From Podarcis vaucheri (taxonomy: Eukaryota), in NCBI GenBank assembly GCA_965113315.1, contig OZ220363.1: 64,000 nt of DNA, one strand, 5' to 3'. The translations under genes were made by a program, and so were the position numbers. The stretch's first letter is position 1, and the number at the start of each line of letters is the position of its first letter. The notes beneath the pieces were generated by a model. The model did not search any database. It was not told the DNA's origin and was given only the letters and a program-made list of their open reading frames with translations. Shown here in pieces: positions 50,766 through 64,000 of the stretch.

Positions 50766-51757
50766 TATTGATCCATAGACTTTAGATAGAGGGAAGTTCG
50801 AGGGAAGCCATCATAAAAGCCAGGGACCCTTTGAGAAAGGCCAGTATTTGCACACAGATGGATTGAAAGGACTAACTAAACTCCTTTGATGATACTCTCT
50901 GCCTTTTAGCTTACTTTTGTCATTTTTTAAAAAAGGGTATCACTCAGCAAATGTCCAAACCTGTAGGTATAGAAAAGGGATTGTGACGGGGGCATGAGAA
51001 ACAGTCAGGTAGGCACATGGGGTGTGTGCATGAGCGTACTAGTAAAACAGGTGTGAGGCAATCTATGGCCCTCCAAATATTGCTGAACTACAACTCCCAT
51101 CACAGCTGGCTATCAGCCATGCCTGCAGGGGCTGATGGGAATTGTCATTCAGTAACATCTGGAGGGCCAAAGGTTCCCCCACAGTAGCTATTTACTTATT
51201 TTATTCATTTATTTAATCCACTCTTCTCTAATGCTCTTGCAGTTTATTGCTTATGATGGACAACCGGCGTAAGTTCCACTGGCTGAGCCCAAGATCTGCC
51301 AAATTCAAACTCCCTCATCCCAGCAGATATTGATTTTGGATTGAGCTCTAAGTCTTGAGGGATACTTAAAACACAAGTATCACACAACCTAAGAGCAGCC
51401 AAGTCCCAGGATGAGAGGTATCTGGTTGCCACTTCTGTAGCTGCAACTTTTTTCTTGTCACTTCCTATGCCATGAGGTCTATGGTGAGGATTAAAAGGCT
51501 TGCAAATTTCTGCTGTGCCTTTGCACACACTCATGAGCTGATCAGCAGCGCCTTCAAATTCTGCTTTTGACAGAGAGCCACATCTTTACCCGCCCACAGA
51601 TGCAGTGTGGTGGGTATTGCTTGGGAAGTTGGACAAAATGGCCTGGTGAGCCAGAGATTCCCCATTGCTGCCCAACAGTTATGCTGAAAGAACCCAGCAC
51701 TCAAACTGCCTGATTCAAAAAGAGGTGTGGAACCCAGCCTTAAGCAAACAGTGGATT

Positions 51758-52030
51758 CAGGGCCATCTTACCCATAGGCACTAGGGATGCGGGGCACCCG
51801 GGCGCCAGGCTCTCAGGGGCACCAGGCCGAGAGCCCGTCGGTTGGAGAACTGCAGCAAGCTGTTCTGCTGCAGGTGGCTCTGCGCCGCGAGTTCGGGGGC
51901 AACCAAGCCAATGAGACGCTGAGGCAATCAGCCGGCTCCGCCCTCCTGCACGTCTGGGACTTGGCAGCCGGGGGGGGGGCGCCGGGCAGATCTTTGCACC
52001 CTAGCATCGCATATGCATAAGACAGCCCTG
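51758..52030. mobile_element. hAT-type MITE, GC-rich
   Basis: TIRs CAGGGCCATCTTA / TAAGACAGCCCTG (11/13 match); 8-bp target AGTGGATT at 51750-51757, repeated at 52046-52053 after (AGTGG)3. Confidence 0.75.
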
Positions 52031-55000
52031 AGTGGAGTGGAGTGGAGTGGATTGCATCACACATGCATGCACACATGCACGTGATTTCTCTACACTTGTT
52101 TACTGAATACGTACTAGTTAATAACTGACACCCGAATGTGTGGACCCACTCTAACGTAAAACATTACACTGGATCCAGCGTTCTCACGAACAAGACTCCT
52201 CTGAGGACACACCTGCTGGAAGAAAGGCATTGGGTGGTTTGGCTGGTTTCTCCTTCCCATTGTACCTCCTGTATATTTGCTGTGGAGGGTTGAGGGTTGG
52301 AGGAGACCTGGTGCAATGGGAATCAATGAACACTCTGCCTTCTCCTCTCCTTCCTCCAGCAGGAGCCTCCACTGGACCTCAGCCCCAAGAGATTGATAGG
52401 AACCCTTCTGTTCACAGAAGAGTCACTCAGAAGCTAACACACTGCACTTGTAAAAGTTCTGCTCACGGTATTCAACTTGTGATATGGCCCATGCATGCAT
52501 GCATGCCCATCCCTTCATGCAGCAGTCACTGAGAGATAAATGTGCATTGATGAATGCTTTAAAAGCTCGAGGGTGGGTTGGGTTCCTGACAAAGGGGAGC
52601 ACAAATATACTTGGGCCTGGCCAGGTCTCCTTCAGTACAACCCTTCCCCACGTTTTTGATGCAATTGCATCACATGCTGGCAGGCACAAAGCTAGTTCTG
52701 CAATATTCTTTTCCAATATATGGGGGTTGTTTTATTCCTGTGCTTTCAGCCATGGCAGCAGAATGCTAGAATGCTCCTTTAAAAGAAATCAGAAACAAGG
52801 TTCCATACTTAGAAATGTCCTTCGAGAAAAAGGAAATAAAAGGCTCAGAAAGCTATAAAATCAGCCAGCATGGAAATTAATAAAAAGAGCAGCAATAGAA
52901 CGGGAAGCAATTTATATTGGACACATCTTCCATTTCGCTGTCGCCCTCGTAGCAGTGGCACTCTCTCTGAATGCAAAATCAGAAGCAGTCAGATCCAAGA
53001 GATGGAAAAACCCTGCATCTGAAGAGGACAGGGGAATCCGCTTCGATTCTGCCAAATGCTAAGCCAGTATTGCTTCCCATGCTCGTCCATCAGAGGGCAG
53101 TTATCGTAGCCTTCCAAAGACATGCCACAAAAGAAACTTTTTCAAATTCACAGCACAGAGCCAGGTTATCTCTGAATTCAATGGCTAGGCCTACAGCAGG
53201 TAAAAGAGAATAGAGGCAAAAGCCTATTCTTTTCAGATCCAGCAAGAGAATGGAAAAGAATAGATTTTACACATTTATTGGCAGGGGATGGGGAAGGAAG
53301 TAAGGCCGGCTAGTGAGGATGGAAAGCTGTCTGACAATATCCCTTCACTAGCAAAGCTGCTCATGTCCTACAAAATCAAAGGCTTTTCCTCAGAGGATAT
53401 CATTTCCAAAATCTATGGATGCACTTTTATTGCTGAGATACATGGTGCAGTTGAGTTGCTTTAATATTCCTCCCCCCCCCCAATTGTATGACACTCCAAA
53501 ACCTCATCATCTGCAATTAACTAGTGGAGAAAACTTCATCAATCACAAACAAAGCAAAGGTCCTTATTAAAGTGTTCCTCTGAGACTGATAATGGGAAAC
53601 CAATTTGTCCACTAGTATCTTCTTCTACGGCAGTCAAGGGCTGATGGGAGTCGTAGTCCAAAATTAATGGAGGGTGCCAGGTTGGCACAGGTTGCTGTAC
53701 AATGAGCTGAAGTCTGAGGCACCGCAGAACCTTCTGTGAGATGTGAGGGTTCTGCAGCAGATATTCAAAAGTTCCTTAACGTGCAGATTTATGTGCAAAG
53801 GATCTCCTGGATCAGGACCTATGAAAACATCTGCCTTATAAACGAGAGGCTGCATTGCAGTAACCACACCCACACTGCTTTGTGATGCCATTACATCACA
53901 CAGCAAAGAGTCAAAAATTATTGGCAGCCATAGGATGGAGCAACAAATATTTCGATCAATGGGGTGAGGCTGATTCAGTGCAATCTCCAAGAAAAAGAAA
54001 CTCCTCAATAACATACTGCTTTTTCAATTTCAACAGTCCTTTTCTGACAGGAAAACCTGTGTGTTTGGGCTGTACCTCTTTAGACTGCTGGTAGAGCTCC
54101 CATGACAGAATGTTCCTCAGCACTGTCAATAAATAATAAATAAAACTCCTGCATGCTGAAAATTAGTCTGTCAGGATAAAAGCCAGGCTAGACTCCTCCT
54201 CTCTAACATCTAGTTTTCTATATGCAGAAAACACTCAGCACTCCTCCAGACTACCTGTCGATTGAGCGTTCATCCCAATTTGAAGCTTGCACAGCAGTTA
54301 GAATATGCTCTGTCTTCATTTGAGTGCTCAATTTGAGTGGGGAGATTATGCAACTATGAGCATTCACCATCACTTTGATTTGTTGTGTGGTAGTTACACA
54401 TCTTCCCATTAATCTTCATTCACCACACAGTTTTACTTTCCGAACTGCAAAAAGTCTTGTGTTGTTTTAAGATGGATTTGTTGCACCAGGACGACAGAGC
54501 ACTTTAATCCCCATTAATTGCGCAAACCTATATTTCTAGCCTGTGTTTCAATCTCTCCTGCAAAATATAGTGACAGTCAGCTGGAGGCGATCTCAGTCAT
54601 GGGAGCTCCTACCTACAGGGGTACAACCAAGAACTAAGCTTCCCTCTTGGCACTTGTGAGCACTTACAATAACATTTCTGAAGGATTATAACTCTGCACC
54701 TAGTTCATGTTGTACGAAAAGGTGGAAAACTAGTAGAAAAAATAGAAAGTAGACTTGCTCCTTTTTGCAGTGTCAGAAGCAGCTCTAAACACAGGATCCC
54801 TTTGCTCCAAAACAACAACTGCCTTCTGCTGCAATCAAACTGTAATTTTTGCCTGAATGGTGATGAATGGCATTGTTTGGAATGAGCAAAGGCAATGAAC
54901 TAAACGAGTAATAGGAATTGCAAGAGTCCCTTTGCTCTGCGGCTCTCCTATTATTTTATTTAGCTTCATGATTTAATTAAAAACTCCATGACTCCACTGC

Positions 55001-56904
55001 TGGGTAAGGCGAGAATTGCTCATGTGAGCCAGAACTCAGAAGGCTTGTGATCTTTCTTACTTGGAAACTTAAGCATAATGAGCTACTTACTCATGTAGGG
55101 AACCTTACGATAGATGGCCTAAATCTGCTTTCAGAGTTGACCACAAAGCTAACCAATGTTAAATTGCCCTTCAGTTTTCCAGAGATATCACTGTTTGCGG
55201 TTACATATTCAGACACCCTTTTAATTCAGCAATAAGATTGTGGGAGCTGGCTGTCGACGTTATCTACCATTGTATAGACTGTCTGGCTCCTAAAAAAAAT
55301 CTCCCTGAACCATCAGAGTGAAAAGCTCAAAAATGTTTGGAAAGGTCTCCACTGCAGTTGTCGGTTTCAGTCCACAAACAGTATGTAATGCTACGTAATT
55401 TATGACTTTCCTTCCCCCAATTTACACTGGGTTTCTTCTGAATTGAAATGAATGGTGAGGAATAGCATAATTAATTATGTAACATTTCACCATAATGGAC
55501 AGCAAGACAAATAATGTAGTTTTTGTAGGAAGATGAACTGCAGTGGAACAGAAACAATGGTGCGTGTTACGAGAATACAGGGTGGGATGGAATCTGATGC
55601 CTTCTTACATCACTGGTCAGTATTGGGTAATAGCTGCTAGATGGGCAACCTGGACATACTTTTTACCTTTACCTGATACAATGGGAGATGCAGCTGGTGA
55701 GGTGAGGGGGGAAGTAGGACTTGGCCACAGGGATTTAGGGAAGCAGCATGTTCTTATAGGTGGGGGCTGAGACGTGGCAATAGCAACAGAGAGAGGCTGG
55801 CTCTGAGCTGAATAGGTGCCCACCCAGTAACAGCACAGCAAGATACAGATGTCAGGTATAGGATGTTGCTGGTGCAGCACCTTCCACTTCTGATTGCAAC
55901 TGACCAACCACTCCCTGAATCCACTGCCACTTATCAACATCTCCTCCGACCTTAATGTAGGAACCAATGTAGTTATTGGTGTGGTGGAACAGAGCTGCCC
56001 TTTCAACACCAGCATCGCTAGAGTACACCTGGATCTTCTTTGGCGATCACTCGTAGCCGAGTAAGATTGTCTTCAATAAACACGGTTTTTACATCTGGAT
56101 GGGACCAGAGTGGGTAACCCTGCCCAACCCCATTCCTGTCCAGATACACCGTAGTGGTGCCTGTGTCGGGAAGGAGGCTCTGTCCCACCACACTGACTGC
56201 TACTGTGTGGGTCCCCCTCCTGCTTGGCCTATGCTCAGTGGCTGTTGCAGAGTACCACTGTAGGAGATATAAAAGCAAACATCTCAGGATTGTGGTGTCC
56301 TTCATAGATCCTTGTTCCCCTCTACAGTTGGCAAACACAAAATTGGCAAGTACCCTTATGAATATTAATTTGTGGCACAATTTGTCAGAGAATTCAGCAT
56401 TCCCTAGTGCAAAATACTAGACTGTGGTTTTGTTTTAAAGCACATCTCTGTGCATAGATGCCACAGGCAAATAACTGAGCAGATGAACCCTGTGTATGAA
56501 GCAGCTCCTAACTTAACCTTTATACATCAGAGAGAGATTTTACCTTGTTTGTAAATACCATCCGGCTGTCACCACTACGTGTAGTTATGATGTCTCAGAG
56601 AACTTAATGATCACTTAAGAAAGGCAAGGGGAAAATGAGTTGCATGACCTTTGTGATCCCATATCCTGTAGGTCAGCATTATTTAAGGCAACTGGGACAA
56701 CGAGGAACTGAACATTAGGCCTGCCAGATGAACAGATGGATGGATGAAAGCCAGCGCAATCCATCTTCCAGCTTTCCCCTCCACAGAGCAGAGTGACATT
56801 CAAGCCCATCTATTTCCTCACATACGTGGGGAAAGCACGTGGAATTTCACAGCAGCTCTTTGGCTGATGTGGAGGCTGACTACAATATGCTTTATGGCAC
56901 AATA

Positions 56905-57139
56905 CAGTGGTACCTCTGGTTATGAACTTAATTCATTCCGAGGTCCATTCTTAACCTGAAACCGTTCTTAACCTGAGGTACCACTTTAGCTAATGGGGCC
57001 CCCCGCTGCCGCTGCCCCGCACTATTTCTGTTCTCATCCTTAGGTAAGCTTATTAACCAGAGGTACTACTTCCGGGTTAGTGGAGTCTGTAACCCGAAGT
57101 GTTTGTAACCCAAGGTGTTTGTAAACCGAGGTACCACTG
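56905..57139 (-). mobile_element. Tc1/mariner MITE, inverted copy of the 50540-50765 family
   Basis: TA-CAGTGGTACCTC ... GAGGTACCACTG-TA; the interior is the reverse complement of MITE B (GAGGTACCACTTTAGCTAATGGGGCC). Confidence 0.85.
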
Positions 57140-58813
57140 TACAAGCAACTGTGCAAAATAGGAAGCACAATTTAAGGAGGCAAGCAATATAATGACCACT
57201 AGAGCTTTTCTTGGCAAACAATATAAAAATTGGGTACAATCCATTTGCTTTTATCTTGAAATATTTCAAATGAGTTGACCTTTAAATCATAATGTTGGGA
57301 TCAAATGATGCATTATATGTATCTGTGTATCTTTTTCTTTCTGTTTTAACTGAAACAAGCCTCAAAAATTGTGTGTTTTAGGCAAGGGAACAAGACGTTT
57401 CTTAACTTTTTTGCTCTAGTTGTTTCTGGACTCAAAACTGACAGCAAGATTTCTTTTTCCTTTTTCTGTTTTATAGGGAAGACTATACAAGGCATATCTT
57501 TTCCTCCATGGGGTAAAAAGCAGCTGGGGAAAATTTGGAATAAAACAGCCAGGAGGGAAAGAGTTACAAAGTTACAAAGTCCTTCTGTTCCTGCCCCTAA
57601 ACTCCTATTCTAAGATTTACTGGCATGAAGACTACATTCAATTTTTTTAAAAAAGAAAAACATAGTTAAATAATGGATACACATGGCCGCATGTAATACG
57701 TCATTTGGCCTTTAGAAGTTGCTACCAAATAAGATGCCTAATTGCTTCTTGGCATCAAATATGTTTGGAACAAATATCTTGGAAGGCAAATATGTTCCAA
57801 CTAGGGTTGCACAGGTCTAGGCAGGTTTCCATAGCTCTTGAGTTTGGATCAGGTATGTAGGAGGAGAGACTTGACTGACCCTAAGATGGTACAGCAAAAA
57901 GGGCAAAGATGGTACGACACCTGGTGAGATTAGACTGGCATAGACTCATCTCACACATAACACAGGTACAGACAGCCATCCCTAGCCACACGTAAGCTGC
58001 TTATAAACTCACCACAGGACAATTAAAACCTTGTGGGGAGATGTCTGTGGCGTCCAGCCACGGAATAAGGTATGCTCTCTCACGAAAAGGATGCCCAACA
58101 TCCTAAGCACAATGACATCATGAGGGTAGGTAAAAGTGGAAGCTGGGTTGGAGGGCATCACCCCCCCCCCAGTCATGTTAATTTTATATATCACAGTTGT
58201 TGCTGGAATACAGGTCCCTCCAGGGATGTTGTCCCCACCCACTGGCTGAAGCTGATCTGAGCCCATCAGCATCTAGAGGGCTGCAAGTTGCCCATTCCTG
58301 TATTTTCTTAAAATCCCCATTTAATCTCCAAACCTCTTTCCTTTCAGCACAGTCCTTGTCATTTCAAATCTCTATGAAAGTCTATGGTGTTTTTTTTAAG
58401 AAAATGAGCCAGCTCTTACACATTCAGCTCTCACTCATACCTCTATACAGATGACAAAGATCTAATAAAACAGGCAAGCCTTTTCTAATTAAAGGTTCAG
58501 CCATATGAGCCAGCATCTCCTTCCACCCAACCTCCTCCTCCTCCTGCATTTCCTTTATAAAGATCTACTGATATCACTGATTGCTGAAGACATGACTATA
58601 TTTCACACTGCATGGTAGTCTTCTTCCATGGGCTGCTCCCAGAGGCCAGACTATAAAAACTCCCCTAATGGCAAAGCCCCTTCTGCAAGGTCTGTCTTTG
58701 AGAAATTCATCCAAAAAGATCCCCATTGTCAGGTCTGCAGGTGAGCTGCTCCCCTTGATGACATATTTCCATTGGAATGGAAGCCAGAGACACACCACTG
58801 GTAGGTTAAATAT

Positions 58814-59363
58814 TGTTGCACATCACCCCAATCTCTGAGTGGTGCAAGATCCCAAGGGTTCCAGGTTTGTGGAACAAACCCAGGGTTTGTGTTTCTTTTA
58901 AGAATAAGGCACAGAGGAGACTGTGGTGTCTTTAGGACATATGGTTTATTTACACATATAGGCAGTCTGAGCCTACGATGGAGGGATGCATACCCCCAAA
59001 GGGTCTTGTTTCTCCCATAGCCACAGCCTTGGATTGAAAGAGAAATGAACCATTGCTGCCTCTCTTGCTTTCCAGCTTGCTGCTTTGCTTCTGGCCCATA
59101 TCACTACAAACTCAACTCTAAACGCAGGCTTTGTCCTTCCAACTATCTGTGAGTTAAGGGTGGGCCCCACCCATTAGGGTGGGGCCCCACCCCCCACCAT
59201 TTGTCGTCTCGCACAGAGCCCCCTTTCCTTTGTTCTCTTACTGGCCCGTCACCCAGGCAATCACCTCATCAGGAAGCTAGCCTGGCTTATATTTCAACAC
59301 TTGCTGGGTCCAGGGTTAGAAGGGTCTCAACTTCCTACCCCACCCCACCCCAAACTCCTAACA
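58814..59363 (-). mobile_element. Solo LTR-like repeat, copy 2
   Basis: TGTT...AACA termini, minus-strand AATAAA at about 58946-58951, similarity to 2148-2290; no TSD found. Confidence 0.5.
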
Positions 59364-60676
59364 GTGTTCAGGAGGAAATCACTGACTGGTACTGAAGACT
59401 CACACTCAATGTGGCTACTTATCTAAATGTTTTGCGCCAAATACTTAAATTCTCTCAAGCCCACAACATTCTTCCGGCCTGCCAAGACTTAAGCACAGAT
59501 TTCTGCACTTTCTCTTTCTTTTTATTTATTTTATTTAACAAGATTTATATACTGCTTGATTGTAAGAAAGCCTCTTAAGTGGTCTACAAGAAATATTATC
59601 AATAAAACAGTTAAAAACATTAAAAACAATTAAAATGATCAGCAAAAAAGATTTAAAAACATCAACATATTAAATGTCTGGAAAGCCTAAAAAAAATGCT
59701 TTTAAGTAGGCACCAAAAAGGGTGCTGTACTCTTTCTGCTTCTTATAGTCATCATGCTGAGGCTGTGACTGTAAGAACTCAAGAGCTTGCTGGATTAGAT
59801 CAGGGGTCCATCTATCCCCTGCTGTGGTCACAATCAGAACCAGACCACACACCCCATGCTTGCTACTCACAATGGGAGGAAAGTGGCAGTAAGAGCTTCT
59901 CCTCCTGGGGAATGGAAGGGCTACGGGATGGGATTCCAATTGGGTCCATGGAAAGTAGAAAATCCTGACCCCTCTTCACTAGGGTCCTTTCCCAGCTCAC
60001 CCTCATGCCTCCCATACTAGTTATTTTTTGTTTTGCTTTTATAATGAACCACACACACCAGGGCTAACCATCTGATTAGTATCATGTCTAGTTGGGCCCA
60101 ATTTAGCTCAGTTTTCCCACATGCAATGTGATGGTTTGAAACCACGATTCGAAATGAGAAACAAGAAAACAGCGTGAGCTGCCGAGATCTGCTCCCTGCT
60201 TAATCCCACTCCAGCTGAAACAGAGCTTAATGCTTCCCTCCTGTACACATCAGCCAAGGGATTAAGTCCAGCGGAACACAGGCTACGCACACACTATACC
60301 TTCAAAGCTCATTCTAAGAACAATCCCGACCCCTGCTCAAAGAATTCTGGGCACTGTAATTTGCTACAAGTTGCAATGGTAAGACATAAACTACAGTGCC
60401 CAGAATTCTTTGAAGGGGGAATGCTTTGGGGGTATAGCCTGCACACAGCAACAGTGGCACTTACCCCAAGTAAACATGCAAAGGATTGCCACTACATGCA
60501 GGTGTAACTGCATTTGCCAAGACTCATCTCTTGTTACCTTGCCTCTCCTTTCCCACCCACTCCTCGGCTGCCCCCTGCAAAAATGCAGAATGTAACCTAC
60601 TCAGGGCAGGGACCTGTCTTTTCGTTGGTTGAGAAACTCTGTGAAGAACTATGTGCACAGATGGCATATGGCGGAT

Positions 60677-61028
60677 AAAGGTAAAAGGACCCCTGACCAT
60701 TAGGTCCAGACGTGACCGACTCTGGGGTTGCGGCGCTCATCTCGCTTTATTGGCCGAGGGAGCCGGCGTACAACTTCCGGGTCATGTGGCCAGCATGACT
60801 AAGCCGCTTCTGGTGAAACCAGAGCAGCACACAGAAATGCCGTTTACCTTCCCGCCAGAGTGGTACCTATTTATCTACTTGCACTTTGATGTGCTTTCAG
60901 ACTGCTAGGTTGGCAGGAACAAGGACCGAGCAACGGGAGCTCACCCCGTCACGGGGATTCGAACCGCCAACCTTCTGATCGGTAAGTCCTAGGCTCTGTG
61001 GTTTAACACACAGTGCCACCTGCGTCCC
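60677..61028 (-). mobile_element. Full-length Sauria SINE
   Basis: Colinear with 31288-31641; imperfect TSD CATATGGCGGATA / CATATGGTGGTTA. Confidence 0.9.
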
Positions 61029-62969
61029 ATATGGTGGTTATGGACAGATAAATAAATAAGTAGCTTCAACATCAATTCACAGCTCACATGGTGTATATAA
61101 AGCATGGATAAAGAGCTGCTATATCAACATGAACAGTCTGCTCCTACGTAGGAATTTTGAATAGCAAATCCCATTGACCTAAACAGGATTTAGGGTTCAT
61201 CCATACTTCCGTTCATCCCAATATCCCCTCCCCCATTTGTCCCGTGATTTCTAGGCACAGGTCCAAGAGGTTATTCTTTTGTCCCACTGCTTTCCCTGTG
61301 AAAACCCGCTGTTTACTGCTGAGTTGGAACAAACAACAATCCGCAGAAAACTCAATTGATGTTTCTTCCAATGCAGCAGTAAATATGGGTCCATGAGCCC
61401 TCACTTCCTGGTAAGCATGCTTAGTTTTGCAGCCTTGGGGTGCTGCCAACAATTACGATGCAACCCAAGGCATGTATTTACTCAGAAGTAAACCCCATTT
61501 CTTCCTTGGAATGTGTGTTTAGGATTGCAACCTTAGACTTCTTAACTCTCCTTGGTTTCAACTGACTGTGGGCTCATCCAAACCTTCTCTTGACCCACAT
61601 TTTGATCTTACTGTGTACCAATTCATTTCCCTGGGCCTGAGAGCTTTTCTTCTTCCATCTATGGCTGTGCCATGCAAAAATCTGATCTTACCCACTAAAT
61701 TGAAGCTCGGTTAAGCAAAGTCTCTCTTCGGATTTCCCACACATCTGATAAGATCCAGTTCAGCAGGTAAAATCAGATTTTCTCAAGGTACAGACGCAGA
61801 ACAATGAGAAAAGCTGTTGGGCTCAGGGGAATTAATCAGTACACAATATAATCAATATACTGATCAAGCAAGTGTGCACGAGCCCTGTGCACAGGTTTGC
61901 AGCCTTGGTCTACTGCTTATCATCAACTATTCTGACCTAAAGATGGCTTACTATGTAATATTTTATTTTGAACTGCTATCCGTGGCGGTACCAAATATAG
62001 TCATTGTTTGCCTTGTTTGTCCCCTTGCAATGAACGCCAAGCATTGTTCTCAGTGTATTGTGAAACCTTGCTACAGACATTGCTCTTTTGTCAAATAGTG
62101 TTATCCAGTGGTGAATTTGAACAAAGACTGCCCAAGGGGAAAATCAATGTGAGAGTTTCATCTCTTAGGTATCAGCTTTCAGGTGGTAATTCGAGCTACC
62201 ATGCAGCTTTGAAAGAGTTTATCTTCACACAGTGAAAAGAAAAGGGAAGTTCAGACAAGGCTCCAAGTACATAGACCCCATGCATTGTGTGTAGGATCAG
62301 AATTGTGCCCTCGCTGCCCACTGGGCATGGCAGTCCTGCCTGACATCCACAAGCTGGGTGCAATGTTTGTACAAGTATAAGAACCTACATGCATAGGTAT
62401 CCTTGGCAGCAATTCTGGAAGCCATTTGCAAAACGTAACATATTAAGTGCTTAACATTATTTTTCTGAAGGTTTGTCTCAGCTTAGTTGCAATGTGAACT
62501 TTATTCTCAAGAGTTTGGGGCAGGGGGTCACTGCCCAATTGCATCCATTCAAAGCTTTTTGCAGAACAGTGTTTCCCAAAGTGAGGCATGCATGCACCAT
62601 GCTAAATGTACATGCAGAGGGGCACAGGAGCTTCTTCTCCTCTTGATTCTTGCATTCCTGTTCCCCCATTTTTATGTGTGCCTATTATCCTCTTTCTCCC
62701 ATGTTCTTCTGCTGTGTCACCCAAAGTTGCTCAGGACCCTAAGAGTGCTTTAGTGGTTCTGTAGGAGATTGCCTCCTCTGAAAGACGCCTTAACACAACA
62801 TTGCAATACGTACAAAATATCATCCAGTCTCTATTCTGGCCTAACCTCACATTTTTAGGGTAACTTGCTGAGAAAGCTGCAGCAATACTCCTGCACCAGC
62901 ATCTAGACTGGGATCGGTAACTGATGAAAGGGGTGGGGTGTAAATTAAATAAAAATGAAACAGATTCCA

Positions 62970-63950
62970 AAAACATTTTCCAGTCTGGGCTCCAATCCTC
63001 CTGTGGGATAGATGTGGCACTTGTCAGGTTCGCAAATGATTTATTTGCTAATGATTTCAGACTGAGGACCGATGGCAGCTGTGGTTACAGCAGACCTCAC
63101 AGCACATTCAATACTATTGAGCATGGGTTGCTGTTTCAGCAGATGAGAGACATTGCAGGGTATGACCACAACTGCCAGTGTCATAGGCACAAGATGAGAG
63201 TCAATCAGTGGTGATGGATAGCTATTCATCATCCCAGAGATGCTTAAAATGTAGCATCCCTCAGAGATGCAATCTGCAGCTCACTTTGTGAACAATAAAT
63301 ATAGGTGCCCCTGAGGAATGTCATGCTAAGAGCAGAGATTCAGTTTGCTGATAATATGCAATTGAACGTTACTTGCCCTGTGAGGAACAGCAGCTCTTCC
63401 TGCTCCAGAGGAAGTGCCTGAACTAAGTAGGACTGCCAGCTGCATAAACAGCTAGGGATCAGACCAACTGAAAGTTTGCCTTCCTCTTCATTCATCTACT
63501 TGAACTTTAAAGTCCTCTTCCATGGACCTATTCTGGGTACCCCTGCCAAACAGTGAGGTCAGTAACTCCTAGGGAGTTGGCCTTTGCAGTAATGGCACCT
63601 GATTTTGAATGAATTTACCTTATTACAGTCACAGACCAGCATAAGCAAAGCATCTAAATAAATAGCATAACAGTGAATGGCACCTTTATTATGGAAGAGC
63701 CTTCCCTGGGAGGCTCACCTGAGAAGGCTGTTGTGGTCTGGAGAACCTTCTGTTTGGGCAGACCTTTTAACCAACTTAGATAATCTGGGCTTCCATTTTT
63801 CAAAGTCTGTTTTTACTTTGGGTGGTGTGACGAGTTCTGTTTTGTTGTACTTATGTAGTGTGTGTGTGTGTCCCCCCACACACCTTGTTTTAACGGTTGT
63901 ATGTTTTATTTAATATGCAAAAAGCAAATGCAATATATATTGTGAGCCAC
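62970..63950 (+). mobile_element. Degraded L2-type LINE (RT region and 3' end)
   Basis: FQSG...ALV...NDL...FNTIEHGLL resembles L2 RT 'FQSGFR...TETAL...DL...AFDTIDH.IL'; L2-like 3' end near 63670-63950. Other L2-like 3' fragments at about 18670-18990 (+), 45780-46090 (-) and 7890-8230 (-). Confidence 0.55.
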
Positions 63951-64000
63951 CCAGAGAACACCCAGAGAACATACAAATGCCATAAAGAAATAAAAGTTAT

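Overview
Eukaryotic vertebrate genomic DNA, very probably from a squamate (lacertid-type lizard), judged from full-length Sauria SINEs and other squamate-type repeats. Two spliced protein-coding genes can be rebuilt exon by exon with GT-AG boundaries and consistent phases. (1) TSN/translin on + has 6 coding exons (15102-20132, 229 aa). (2) A convergent, uncharacterised Dbl-family RhoGEF on - has 6 coding exons (40423-23670, about 1141 aa), with a long low-complexity N-terminus, a Cys cluster and DH plus PH-like domains. A CpG-island promoter and first exon at about 500-1200 points out of the window on -; this is probably CLASP1, by recalled synteny only. No NIFK exons were seen between it and TSN, but an unexplained CpG-rich, promoter-like patch lies at 13.6-14.4 kb. 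The rest is intron or intergenic DNA with SINEs, L1/L2/CR1 fragments, Tc1/mariner- and hAT-type MITEs and LTR-like repeats. The most notable observations are a 91-bp TSD-flanked Penelope-type insertion that is essentially a minimal hammerhead ribozyme (48202-48292), the orphan RhoGEF and its stop-interrupted in-frame N-terminal extension, a natural His->Asn change in the translin nucleic-acid-binding motif, and a speculative degraded bornavirus-like G/L segment at about 55.6-56.5 kb. Most ORFs in the supplied track are spurious.
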